Shown here in pieces: positions 49,107-59,302 of a stretch of 64,000 nucleotides of DNA. The notes under the pieces are model-generated. The model was not told where the DNA came from. It did not search any database and worked only from the letters and a program-made list of their open reading frames with translations. The translations under genes and the position numbers were made by a program. Source of the DNA: an uncultured Actinomycetes bacterium. Its GTDB lineage: Bacteria; Actinomycetota; Thermoleophilia; UBA2241. The stretch is from positions 128,001-192,000 of the forward strand of contig CAVPVX010000001.1 of NCBI GenBank assembly GCA_963709345.1. The letters are read 5' to 3'. Position 1 is the stretch's first letter, and every line of letters starts with the position of its first letter.

Positions 49107-49289
49107 TTGAGCCGAAATCTTGTCCTGGTGCGCAAAGACGGGACCAGCTTCCCCGTGTGCCTCGATGCGGTGCGCCTCTCGGCGAGGCGCTTCCTCGGCT
49201 TCGTCGTCGATGTGAACGAGCAGCAGCGCGCCGAAGACGCGATCTTCGCCGGCGCCGCTGGTGCGGGGAAGCAGGCGGAGGCGGGGTAG
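49107..49289 (+). pseudogene. PAS/PAC domain remnant
   Basis: LVRKDGTSFPVCLDAVRL..FLGFVVDVNEQQRAE is a PAC motif with no N-terminal part. Confidence 0.55.
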
Positions 49290-49292
49290 AGT

Positions 49293-50651
49293 GTGGCCAA
49301 GATGAGCGGCCACAGCACTAGCGAAGACTCCACATCCGCCGCGGCGAGCGAGCCGGGCCCCGTCGTCAGTACGCCCCCGGCCGACGTCGAGGCGGACTCG
49401 CGGCCGAACGGCGCCCGCGACTTCGTTCGCGACCTGTTCTCGCGCGAGCTGCTTCGCTACCTGGGGCCGGGGTTCATCGTCACGATCGGATTCATCGACC
49501 CAGGCAACTGGGCGACCAACATCGCCGGCGGCTCCGAATTCGGCTATGCGCTGCTCTGGGTCGTCTCACTGAGCACGCTCATGCTCATCTTCCTGCAGCA
49601 CCTTTCCGCCAAGCTGGGGATCGTCACCGGGCACTCACTGGCGGTCAACGTTCGCGAGCAGCTCCCGAAGCCCGTCGTCTGGATCGCCGGCGTGACGATC
49701 GTGCTGGCATGCATGGCGACTGACCTGGCGGAGTATCTCGGAGCCGCCCTGGGCTTCTACCTGCTTTTCGGCTTGCCACTGTGGCTCGGGACACCGTTGA
49801 CGGTCGCCCTCGTCTTCGTCGCCATCCTGGGGCAGCAGTACCATCGGCTCGAGCGCATGATCGTCGTCTTTCTGGCGATCATCGCGGCCTGCTACATCGT
49901 CGAGTTGTTTCTGGTCCACCCTGACTGGGCGGCGGCGGGGCCCAAGTGGGTCATCCCATCCGTGGACGGCGCCAGCATCCTCGTCGCCCTCGGCATGCTC
50001 GGCGCGATCGTGATGCCGCACAACATCTACGTGCACTCCAACGTCATACTCTCGCGCGATTGGGACCTCGCCCCCGCCCGCCGCCGCCGGCTCATGAACT
50101 TCGAGCTCATCGACACGAGCCTGGCCATGGGCATGGGCTGGCTCGTCAACTCCGCGATGATCATCGTCGCGGCGGCGGTCTTCTTCGGCGCCGGAGTCAC
50201 GGTGACGAGCATCGAACAGGCGTCGGCAACGCTCGAGCCGCTAGTCGGACCGTTGTCACAGCTCCTCTTCGGCCTGGCGCTGCTGGTCGCCGGGCTCGCG
50301 TCGTCGATCACCTCGTCGCTCGCGGAGGCGAACGTCGTCACGGGATATCTCGGCAGGCCGGAGGACCCGCGCACCTCGTTCTACAGGATCGGGCTCGTGG
50401 TCACCTCCTTGCCCGCGATGTTCATCATCGTCCTTGGTGTCGACACCTTCATGGCCCTGATCGTCAGCCAGGTGCTGCTCAGCATCCAGTTGCCGTTCAC
50501 GATCATTCCGCTGCTCTGGTTGTCGCGCAGCCGGCGCGTGATGGGCGCCGAGCGCATGAACGTGGTACAGCTCGGCGTGGGCGTCCTTCTTGCGACGATC
50601 ATTATCGGGTTGAACGGGTACCTCCTCTACGAGATCTTCTTCGGAGGCTGA
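49293..50651 (+). CDS. mntH: NRAMP family divalent metal transporter
   Basis: GPGFIVTIGFIDPGNWATN, GAIVMPHN, SQVLLSIQLPF. Confidence 0.88.
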   Translation: MAKMSGHSTSEDSTSAAASEPGPVVSTPPADVEADSRPNGARDFVRDLFSRELLRYLGPGFIVTIGFIDPGNWATNIAGGSEFGYALLWVVSLSTLMLIFLQHLSAKLGIVTGHSLAVNVREQLPKPVVWIAGVTIVLACMATDLAEYLGAALGFYLLFGLPLWLGTPLTVALVFVAILGQQYHRLERMIVVFLAIIAACYIVELFLVHPDWAAAGPKWVIPSVDGASILVALGMLGAIVMPHNIYVHSNVILSRDWDLAPARRRRLMNFELIDTSLAMGMGWLVNSAMIIVAAAVFFGAGVTVTSIEQASATLEPLVGPLSQLLFGLALLVAGLASSITSSLAEANVVTGYLGRPEDPRTSFYRIGLVVTSLPAMFIIVLGVDTFMALIVSQVLLSIQLPFTIIPLLWLSRSRRVMGAERMNVVQLGVGVLLATIIIGLNGYLLYEIFFGG

Positions 50652-50654
50652 GGG

Positions 50655-51071
50655 ATGGCAGTCTACGATCACATCCTCGTGCCGGTCGAAGGCACTGAGA
50701 CCGACGGGCTGGTGCTGGAGCACGTTGTTGAGCTGGCCGGCGCCTGCGGCGCCGAAGTCACGCTGCTCCGCGTCGCGCACTTCCACACGCGCGAGCAACG
50801 AGCCAGCGAGATCGAAGACGGCGAAGATGACCTGGAGCGTGCCGCGGAGCGGCTGCGCAGCCGCGGCATCACGGTCAGGACACTCATCCTGCCCGGCGAG
50901 CCACAGGAGGTCATCGTCCAGCAGGCCGAGGCGCTCCGCCCCGACCTGATCGCGATGGCCACGCACGGGCATGGCTGGGCCAAGCGCATCGTCCTCGGCA
51001 GCGTGGCCGATCACGTGCGGCACAACACCGACGTGCCGCTGCTGCTGCTCAAGGGCGGGTCCGCGAGCTGA
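50655..51071 (+). CDS. universal stress protein
   Basis: ILVPVEGT, DLIAMATHG, LGSVADHV, VPLLL. Confidence 0.9.
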   Translation: MAVYDHILVPVEGTETDGLVLEHVVELAGACGAEVTLLRVAHFHTREQRASEIEDGEDDLERAAERLRSRGITVRTLILPGEPQEVIVQQAEALRPDLIAMATHGHGWAKRIVLGSVADHVRHNTDVPLLLLKGGSAS

Positions 51072-51134
51072 TCGGCGCGCTTCCAGGCGGGCGAGGGCGG
51101 CCGGACCAAGCGATGCAGTTCTCCTGAGCCCTCT

Positions 51135-51590
51135 CCGCGCATCGCGATCGTCGCGGGCATCCCGATCGTGCTGTTCGTCGGGGGGAGCGCCCTGGCGGCG
51201 CGGTTCACGGAGAGCGACAGATTCTGTGGCACCGACTGTCATGGGATGTGGCCGTACCGCGACGCGTGGGAGAAGTCGGCGCACAAGAACACCGGCTGCG
51301 TGCAGTGCCACTTCCCGCCTGGAACCGTGAACTTCGTCGAGACCATGGTGTGCGCGTCGCGCGCGGCCTGGGTCCACTCCACCGGGCAGGTCAAGGCGCC
51401 GATCAAGCTAACGCGCCACGTCCCCGACTCCGCCTGCCTGCGTTCCGGCTGCCACACGAGCGCTCAGACCGCCAAGAGCCTGAAGCTGGGCGCCCCGCCC
51501 CGGTGATGTTCCAGCACGGCAGAGCGGGGCACGCCAAGCAGCAGTGCATCGCGTGCCACGCGTCGCTGGTGCACGCCCTGGACAACGGCT
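51135..51590 (+). pseudogene. NapC/NirT-like multiheme cytochrome c fragment
   Basis: TM segment then CGTDCH, CVQCH and CLRSGCH; frameshift near 51500 leads to CIACH; truncated. Confidence 0.65.
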
Positions 51591-51789
51591 ACCGCATCTC
51601 GCCGTGGGGACCAGGCGGGCATGCAGGCCTCGCGGACAACGGTACTGGAGAAGGAGCCGCCCGATACGTCGAGGAAGCTGAGCCAGCCGTCGTACCAGCC
51701 GTCCGCCAATCCGAAGGCGGCCCGCGCAGATTCGGGCGCCCAACTGAAGCCGGTTGCTCCGACTCCCGGCATCTCGACGACCGCGCATG

Positions 51790-51968
51790 GCAGCCGTGCC
51801 CGTGTCGGCGTCCGGCCTGCGCGCCGCGGCGAGGTCGGTGGCTCCGGCCCAAGCCAGGCCGTCGCGGGTGACGACGCCCACGGCGGCGCCCGACAGGCGC
51901 TCCTCGCGCACGAACGCGTGGGTGCGCTCGAGCAGCCGCGCGACGACGGTCGTGATGATCGCATCCAT
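51790..51968 (-). pseudogene. serine hydrolase (beta-lactamase-like) N-terminal remnant
   Basis: FVREERLSGAAVGVVTRDGLAW..DLAAARRPDADT ends before the SxxK motif. Confidence 0.45.
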
Positions 51969-52183
51969 GTCGGCTCCCGTTGCAGGTGTCAAGCCGGGCG
52001 GCTTGCCCGTCCCGGCGCCACCGCCGGGCAAGGCCGAGACGGCACCCGCCACGCCGTCCCGCCATTCACCCCATGTTCATGCCTCACCGGCGCTGGGTAC
52101 TCACGGTCATCTGGTCGCATTCTCGCTAGCGTCGACTGCCCGCTCGTCGAGCGGGTCGTGAAGTCAGGGGTAGGGGGCGTCAC

Positions 52184-54664
52184 GTGGACACGCGGCATGG
52201 ATCACTTGCCGATCTCGTCGACCTGGAGCGCCTTCAGGCGATGTGCGACAGCCTCTCGCAGTCGACGGGCATGGTCCTCGCCGTCCTCACCCCGGACGGA
52301 GACGTCCTCGTGGCCTCGGGTTGGCAGGACATCTGCACGCAGTTCCATCGCGCCAGCGAGAACGGCCTCGTGGGGTGCATCGAGAGCGACACGACGATCA
52401 CCCGGCGGCTGGCTGAGACCGTCTCCGCGCCCGAGCACATCGAATACCGGTGCGCGAACGGCCTGTGGGACGTGGCCTTCCCGCTCGTTGTGGCCGACGA
52501 GCACCTGGCCAACGTCTTCACGGGCCAGTTCTTCTATGATGACGACGACGTGGATACTGCCGGGTTCCAGGCGCAGGCTCGACGGCTCGGGTTCGACGAG
52601 GCAGCGTACCTCGCGGCGCTCGAGCGGGTGCCGGTGCTGCCCCACGAGCGCGTCGCACAGACCATCGCCTTTCTCGGCGACTTCGTGAAGGTGCTCGCCG
52701 ACCTGGGTCTGAGCGCGCTGCGGGGCGAGCAGGAACGGGAGGCTCTCGCCGTCAGCTCGAAGCGCTATCTCTCCCTCTTCGAGAACATGACCGAGGCCGT
52801 GGCGCTCCATGAGCTGGTCCGCGACGAGCACGGCCGGCCGGTGGACTACCGCCTCCTGGCGGTGAACCCCGCCTTCACCGGCCAGACCGGCATCAGCGTG
52901 GGGCAGGTGAGCGGCCGACTTGCCACTGAGGTCTACGGCACGGTCGAGGCGCCGTACCTCGACGAATTCGCGCGCACCACAGTCACGGGCGGTCCTGTCC
53001 GCGTCGAGGCGCATTTCGAGTCGCTGGACCGGCTCTTCGACATGACCGTCGTGAGGCAGTCGGACGACGGCTTTGCGACCATCTTCTCCGACATCACGGA
53101 GAGGAGACGGGCGGAGGACGCCTTGCGGGAGAGCGAGGAGCGCTTCCGGAGTTTCTTCGAGCTCACCGAGGATCTGGTCGTCATCTCCGATATCGAGAGC
53201 CGCTTCCTCGAGGTCAACTCCGCTTGGTCCAGGACGCTCGGGTACTCGCGAGCCGAGCTGCTCGGCAAGCCCTATCTGGAGTTCGTACACCCCGACGATC
53301 TGGAAAAGACCAAGAGGGTCATCGCCGAGCAAATGAAGAGTGGAAAGACCATCGTCTCCTTCGAGAACCGCTACGTCCGCAGAGACGGGAGTGTCGTCTG
53401 GCTGGAATGGAGCGCGAGACCGCAGGTCGCGGAAGACCGCAGCTTCGCGATCGCCAGGGACGTCACGCAGCGCAAGCAAGCCGAGGCGGCGCTGCGGGAC
53501 AGCGAAGCCGCCCTGCGTGCCGTCCTCGACGCGACGCCGTTCCCGGTCGCGCTGGTCGACACCGAGGACGACACTATCGACTACTGGAGCAGCAGCGCCC
53601 TCGCTCTCTTCGGGCACACCGCACCCACGGCAGCCGAGTGGTACGAGCTGGCGTACCCCGATCCGGAGTATCGGCGGACGGTGATCGAGCGCTGGAAGCC
53701 TCCTCTCGAGGAGGCACGACGCTCGGGCGAGCCCGTCAACACCGGTGAGTATCGCATCGCCTGCCACGACGGCTCCGAGCGGATCTGTGAGCTCTACGCC
53801 ACCTTCGTGGCAGACCGGCTCGTGGTCACGTTCAACGACATCACCCAGCGCAAACGGGCAGAAGAGGAGACGCGCCAGCTCAACGTCGAGCTGGAACAGA
53901 GGGTACGCGACCGCACGGCGCAGTTCGAGGCGAAGAACGAGGAGCTCAGGAGCTTCGCCTACACGGTGTCGCACGACCTCAAAGCGCCGCTCCGCGGTAT
54001 CGCCGGCTACGCCGACGAGCTCGACCGGCGCCACCGCGAAGGACTCAGCGAGCGTGCCGACTTCTGCGTCACCCAGATCCTCACGGCGACCAGGAACATG
54101 GATCTACTCATCGAGGACCTGCTGCGCTACTCGCGCATGGACGCCGAGACGGCGTCCCTCACCGAGGTGCGCATCCACGACGTGTCGAAGCCATCCTGAG
54201 AGACCGGCGCCTGGTGATCGGCGAGCAAGCCGTCGAGGTGACCGTGGACATCCCCTTCGCCACGCTGCGGGCGTGGGAGCGCGGGCTGGTCGCAGGTCCT
54301 GGCCAACCTGATCGACAACGCGATCAAGTTCAGCCGGGACGCCGACCCCCCGCGGATCCGCGTCCGAGGCGAGGAGTCCGAGACAGCATGGATGCTGAGC
54401 GTCGCCGACAACGGGGTCGGCTTCGACATGAAGTACCACGACCGCATCTTCGGGCTGTTCAATCGCCTGGTGCGTGCGGAGGAGTTCGAGGGCACCGGAG
54501 CCGGATTGGCGATCGCCAAGAAAGTGCTGGAGAAGCAGGGCGGGCGGATCTGGGCGGAGTCCGAGCCGGCCCGTGGCGCGACGTTCTTCGTGGAACTGCC
54601 GAAGACGCATCCGCCACAGGCCCGCACGACACCATCACGCAAGGCTGGTCGGGACGATGAGTGA
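52184..54664 (+). pseudogene. PocR + 3 PAS histidine kinase with two frameshifts (about 54185 and 54293)
   Basis: SGWQDICTQFHR, FAYTVSHDLKAPL; the HATPase part (NLIDNAIKF, DNGVGF, GTGAGLA) follows the shifts. Confidence 0.8.
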
Positions 54665-55130
54665 ACCTGAGTCGATGAGCGCAAGTCTGGTCCCGAGGCC
54701 CATCCTGGTGGTCGAGGACAACCCCATGGACCTCGATTTCATGCTCCAGGCATTCCTGGAGCACAGCGTGGCCAACCCGGTGGCCGTCTGCCGCGACGGC
54801 GAAGAAGCGCTGGAGTACATCGATGCCCACGCCACACCCGACGACAGGGGATTGCCACTGCTGGTGCTTCTGGACCTGAGACTGCCCAAGGTCGACGGTA
54901 TCGACGTACTCGGCCACGCGCGTCGGCATCCCGTCTGGAAGCAGATCCCCTTCATCATCGTCACCACGTCCCACGAGGACGCCGACATCGCCCGTGCCTA
55001 CGAGCTCGGCGTCAACTCGTACATCGTCAAACCGGTGAACTTCAGCGCGTTCACCGAGGTCGTCAAGCAGATCAAGGTGTTCTGGCTTCTCATGAACGTG
55101 CCACCATTCCCGAACGGGGAGGGCCTCTAG
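54657..55130 (+). CDS. single-domain response regulator (Rcp1/CheY-like)
   Basis: ILVVEDN, LLDLRLPKVDG, AYELGVNSYIVKPV. Confidence 0.9.
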   Translation: MSEPESMSASLVPRPILVVEDNPMDLDFMLQAFLEHSVANPVAVCRDGEEALEYIDAHATPDDRGLPLLVLLDLRLPKVDGIDVLGHARRHPVWKQIPFIIVTTSHEDADIARAYELGVNSYIVKPVNFSAFTEVVKQIKVFWLLMNVPPFPNGEGL

Positions 55131-55132
55131 CC

Positions 55133-56752
55133 GTGGACGGGACCATCCGCCTCCTGTACGCCGAAGACAACCCGCAGGACGCCGACCAGACGAGGTACGA
55201 CCTGTGCGAAGTCGCGGGCGGGTTCACCGTCGAGATCGCGGACACCGGGCAGCAATGCCTCGACCGCCTGCGTGAGGCGGAGTTCGACCTGCTCCTTCTC
55301 GACCATCACTTGCCTGACATGGACGGGCTGGACGTATTGGCCACCTTGGTCCAGGAGGGCGCCAGCGTGCCCGTCGTCATGGTGACGGGAATCGGTGATG
55401 AGACCCTTGTGGTGAAGGCGCTGCGCCTCGGGGCGGCCGACTACGTCCCCAAGCAGGGCCGCTACCTCGAGACGCTACCAGACCTCATCCGCAGCGTCGT
55501 GGAGGCACATCGCGAGCAGAAGCGTCGCGGCCTGACCGGGGCCGTCGCGCCGCGAAGGATCCTGTACATCGAACACCAGCCGATGGACGTCGAGCTGACC
55601 CTGCGGCATTTCGCCGAGGCCGCGCCGCACTTCTCGGTGGACATCATCGATAACTGCACCGCAGCACTGGCGCGGCTGGAGGAGCCGCACGACTACGACA
55701 TCGTGCTGGTCGACCTGCGAATGCCCGACATGAGCGGCCTCGACTTCGCCCGTGAGGCCAAGCGCCTCTGCGACATGCCGCCGTTCGTCATGGTCACCGG
55801 TCAGGGCGACGATGCCGCCGCGATCGCCACCTTGCGGCTTGGCGCGGCTGACTACATCGCCAAGCGCACCGGGTATCTCGACCAGTTCGTGTACGCCATC
55901 GAGCAGGTCGTCACGAGCGACCAGCTGAGCAAGGCAAACGAGCATCTCCAGGCCGAGTTGGCCGAGCGCCGGCGCGTTGAGGACGAGGTGCGGCGTCTCA
56001 ACGCCGAGCTCGAGCAGCGTGTCGCGGCCCGCACCGCCGATCTGGAAGCAGCCAACCACGAGCTCGAGTCGTTCGCCTACTCGGTCTCGCACGACCTGCG
56101 CGCCCCGCTGCGCGCCCTCGACGGTTTCAGCCAGGTGCTGATCGAGGACTACTCCGAGGTGCTCGGCGAGGAGGGCCGCGCCCACCTCGAGCGCATCCGC
56201 GCCGCCGACGCCCGCATGGGCACCCTGATCGACGCCCTGCTCGAGCTCTCGCGCCTCAACCGCGGCGAGTTACGGCGGGAGAGACTCGACCTCTCGGCGA
56301 TGGCGCACGAGTTGGGCGCCGGCCTGGCCGAAGCCGATCCGGAGCGCCACGTCGAGTTGGTGGTCACCGAAGGCCTTGCGGCCCAGGCGGATCGGGAGCT
56401 CGCCCGCGCCCTGCTCGCCAACCTCATCGGCAACGCCTGGAAGTTCACCAGCAAACACGAGCGGGCGCGCATCGAGATCGGCGCCGAAGAACGCGACGAT
56501 GGAGCCGCCTTCTTCGTGCGCGACGACGGGGCCGGCTTCGAGATGGCCTACGCCGAGAAGCTCTTCGGCGCCTTCCAGCGTCTGCACGGCGCGGACGAGT
56601 TCGAGGGCCTCGGCATCGGCCTCGCCACCGTGCAGCGCATCGTGCGTCGGCATGGCGGACGGGTGTGGGCCGAAGGCGCGGTGGAGCAGGGCGCGACGTT
56701 CTTCTTCACGTTGCCGGCGGCTGCTGGCGAGGACTCACCGGCGGGTCTGTGA
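55133..56752 (+). CDS. hybrid kinase REC-REC-HisKA-HATPase
   Basis: Two receiver domains, FAYSVSHDLRAPL, NLIGNAWKF, GLGIGLA. Confidence 0.92.
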   Translation: MDGTIRLLYAEDNPQDADQTRYDLCEVAGGFTVEIADTGQQCLDRLREAEFDLLLLDHHLPDMDGLDVLATLVQEGASVPVVMVTGIGDETLVVKALRLGAADYVPKQGRYLETLPDLIRSVVEAHREQKRRGLTGAVAPRRILYIEHQPMDVELTLRHFAEAAPHFSVDIIDNCTAALARLEEPHDYDIVLVDLRMPDMSGLDFAREAKRLCDMPPFVMVTGQGDDAAAIATLRLGAADYIAKRTGYLDQFVYAIEQVVTSDQLSKANEHLQAELAERRRVEDEVRRLNAELEQRVAARTADLEAANHELESFAYSVSHDLRAPLRALDGFSQVLIEDYSEVLGEEGRAHLERIRAADARMGTLIDALLELSRLNRGELRRERLDLSAMAHELGAGLAEADPERHVELVVTEGLAAQADRELARALLANLIGNAWKFTSKHERARIEIGAEERDDGAAFFVRDDGAGFEMAYAEKLFGAFQRLHGADEFEGLGIGLATVQRIVRRHGGRVWAEGAVEQGATFFFTLPAAAGEDSPAGL

Positions 56753-56869
56753 GTTCCGTCGCTTGCGATGATCTGAGCTGGGCAGGCGGTCAGACGCAGA
56801 GGGCGATCAGACGTAGCCGCCGTGCGGTCGCATCAAGGCCCAGTCCGGACCAGGACGGGACGGCCAGAC

Positions 56870-56893
56870 GCACGCATCTGGGCACGCATCTGG
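56870..56893 (+). repeat. tandem 12-bp direct repeat GCACGCATCTGG x2 (candidate integrase arm-type sites)
   Basis: Exact tandem copies about 75 nt from a tRNA 3' fragment. Confidence 0.7.
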
Positions 56894-56966
56894 GTTGCAT
56901 CGGTGTCAGTCTGAGTCCGTTGGGATTCCCGACTCAGTGGGGCACCGCGATTTCGCTGCACATCAC

Positions 56967-57010
56967 TTGTGGGCGCACGTGGATTCGAACCACAGACCTC
57001 TCCCTTGCCA
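56967..57010 (-). mobile_element. tRNA 3'-half fragment (att-like scar), not a complete tRNA
   Basis: Minus strand TGGCAA GGGAG AGGTC TGTGG TTCGAAT CCACG TGCGCCC A CAA gives a T-arm and acceptor 3' strand. The 5' half is absent, replaced by the exporter stop codon. Confidence 0.75.
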
Positions 57011-58234
57011 TCACTCTGCTTCCCGGCGCGGCGGAAGCGGTGGTAGCGCCGCATCCGCCACAAGCAGACCGACCACGAGACCGGCCGCGATGACCAGCAC
57101 CGCGGCGAGGATCTGCAGGCTACCGGTCGCGCTGCGCAGGAAGACAGAGATGCCGCGGAACCCGAGGGCGCCGGGCACCAGCACCGCCAAGGCCGGCAGC
57201 AGCGGCACAGCGGCCGGCCGTCTCGCAAGGCGCGCGTAGAGGTTGCTCCCCAGACCGACCATGAGACTGGCCACCGCAACGCCCACGATGGGACCCAGAA
57301 GCCAAGCACCGAAGCGGGCGCCGAGAACGGCGCCCGTCACGGCAGCGGCCACAACCCACACGTCCCGCGGCCGCGAGTTCGTGGTCACCATGAGGGCCGC
57401 GGTGCTGCCCACCACCGCGAGCAGCGTGAGCCACGCGTACGGGCCGGCGTGGGAGGGTGCGGACGGCGGCACCAGATCCAGCTTGGCGAAGGCCGCGTAG
57501 CCCATAGCCACGCCAAACCCCAAGCTCACAAGCGTCACCACGGCGCCGGCCAGGCGTGCTGTACCCGAGACGAGGTGGCGCACCGCCAGCTCAGATACCG
57601 CGAGCGTGATGCTCAGTCCGGGTAGCAACAGGATGATCCCGGCGAGCACGACGGTGGAGAGGTGGAAGTGCGGCAAGATGTGCCCGAGGGCCAGCGTGAG
57701 CACGGCCGCCAGGAAGCCGGCGAGCAGTTCGAGGAGGCTGGTCAGGCGCTGCATGCGCCGCGCCGCAACAACCGTGGCGCCGACGGCCAGCCCGACCGGC
57801 ACGGAGGCAATGACCTCGCGAACGCCGCCACCCAGAATGACACTGATGGCGGCGGCGGCCAGCCCGGCCGCAAGCACACGCATGTACCAGGGGAAGCGGA
57901 GAGGGCTGACCGTGATGAGCCGGACCTCGGCGAGCCCCTGCGCAGCCGAAATGCGCCTCTCGGTCACCGCGCGCAGTGTCACGTTCAGTTCGTCGAGAGC
58001 CTGGAGGTCGATGGCGGTATCACGCGTGTGGAGCAGGCGTGTGTGCATCTCCACGCCGTGACCGTATGAGACGAAGACGGCGGTGGGCACCGAGAACATG
58101 GCGAACTCGACGCCGAGCGTAGCGGCGCAGGCGAACAGGCCGTCCTCGATGACGTCGGCCGTCTGGCCGTAGCGCGACAGCGCGGTGGCCATGGCGGCCA
58201 GGAACTCCCGGCTTGTGTCTTGTGGCTCCCCCAT
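57011..58234 (-). CDS. threonine/serine exporter (ThrE family)
   Basis: LSRYGQTADVIE, LLLPGLSITLAVSEL..LVSGTARL, LVPG; about 10 TM segments. Confidence 0.85.
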   Translation of the reverse strand: MGEPQDTSREFLAAMATALSRYGQTADVIEDGLFACAATLGVEFAMFSVPTAVFVSYGHGVEMHTRLLHTRDTAIDLQALDELNVTLRAVTERRISAAQGLAEVRLITVSPLRFPWYMRVLAAGLAAAAISVILGGGVREVIASVPVGLAVGATVVAARRMQRLTSLLELLAGFLAAVLTLALGHILPHFHLSTVVLAGIILLLPGLSITLAVSELAVRHLVSGTARLAGAVVTLVSLGFGVAMGYAAFAKLDLVPPSAPSHAGPYAWLTLLAVVGSTAALMVTTNSRPRDVWVVAAAVTGAVLGARFGAWLLGPIVGVAVASLMVGLGSNLYARLARRPAAVPLLPALAVLVPGALGFRGISVFLRSATGSLQILAAVLVIAAGLVVGLLVADAALPPLPPRREAE

Positions 58235-58572
58235 GTAGCCCCGACTCTACCCCAAGGGTGGCGAAGACCCAGCGCCGGGAATGCAGGTGGAAGCGGCCGC
58301 CAAGATCGAGGCGGGTCTGCGGGAGTCACTGGCGGGATAGCTGAAGGCCGGTCGCCTGGGGCCTGACGGAATACGCAGCTGGGCCGAGACCCGCGGCAGC
58401 AGGCCCGGAACACCCTCCGGGTGCGGCGATTCTGGCGCTGCCCAAGTGGTCGACGACGACCACCACGCCGTGGTTTGGCAGACGGCCGGCAAGCTGCGCC
58501 GACGTCCGGTACGACGCGGACGTCACAACGGGATTCGCGTTCGCCCGCTGAGGCTTCGCCCGCGAAGAAGCC

Positions 58573-59005
58573 TCAGCTGGGGGTGGGCGGCTCCGGCAGC
58601 GTGAAGTGGAAGGTCGCCCCCCCTCGATCTCCGCCTCGGCCCACACGAGACCGCCGTGCTTGGCCCCGAGTCGTCGCACGGTAGCCACGCCGATGCCGTC
58701 GCCCTCGAACTGCCCCGTCGTGTGGAAGCGCTGAAAGGCGGCGAAGAGATGCTCCGCACACCGGGGGGTCGAACTCGGCGCCGTCATCGCGTACGACGAC
58801 CGCCTGCTCACCGCCGCTGTCGGCGGTCAGCACCTCGACGTGTGCCTGTTCGTGTTTGGAGGTGGACTTCCTGGCCATACGGGTTCTCCGCGCGCAGTTC
58901 GCCGCATACGGCACCCGCCAGTCCGCTCAGGCCGACTCTCTCCACCTTCACGTCGGCCCGCGTGAGGCGAGACAGTCCAAGGATGTCGTCTATGAGCTGG
59001 CCCAT
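58573..59005 (-). pseudogene. decayed histidine kinase C-terminal remnant
   Basis: [39 protein letters not shown] and GATFHFTLP are scattered over three frames. Confidence 0.7.
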
Positions 59006-59302
59006 ACGCTGCGCCGCGGCTCACCTCACCGAGCAGCCATGGCGCAACCGCCTCACGCCGCGGGTGCGCGAGCCCGGCGACGACGAGGGGGAAGAGGAGA
59101 TCGGGGACTGGCTCGCCGCCTGTATAGCAGGCGACGCAGAGACTGGTCATCCTCGCCGACGAAGAGGCCGGAGTGCAGCTGGCCCACCTGACGACGGCCG
59201 AGCGAACGCGACGGGGCGGGGCGCCTGGCTTGTGGCGCCCCGCCCCGTCGCGTTCGGGCGAGCCGCGGCGGAAGGGCGCCGCCGCGGCTCAGTGGAGTCC
59301 GG

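Noticed and set aside
56967-57010. Functional tRNA gene
   Set aside because: The D-arm and 5' acceptor strand are absent and there is no CCA; treated as an att-like scar.
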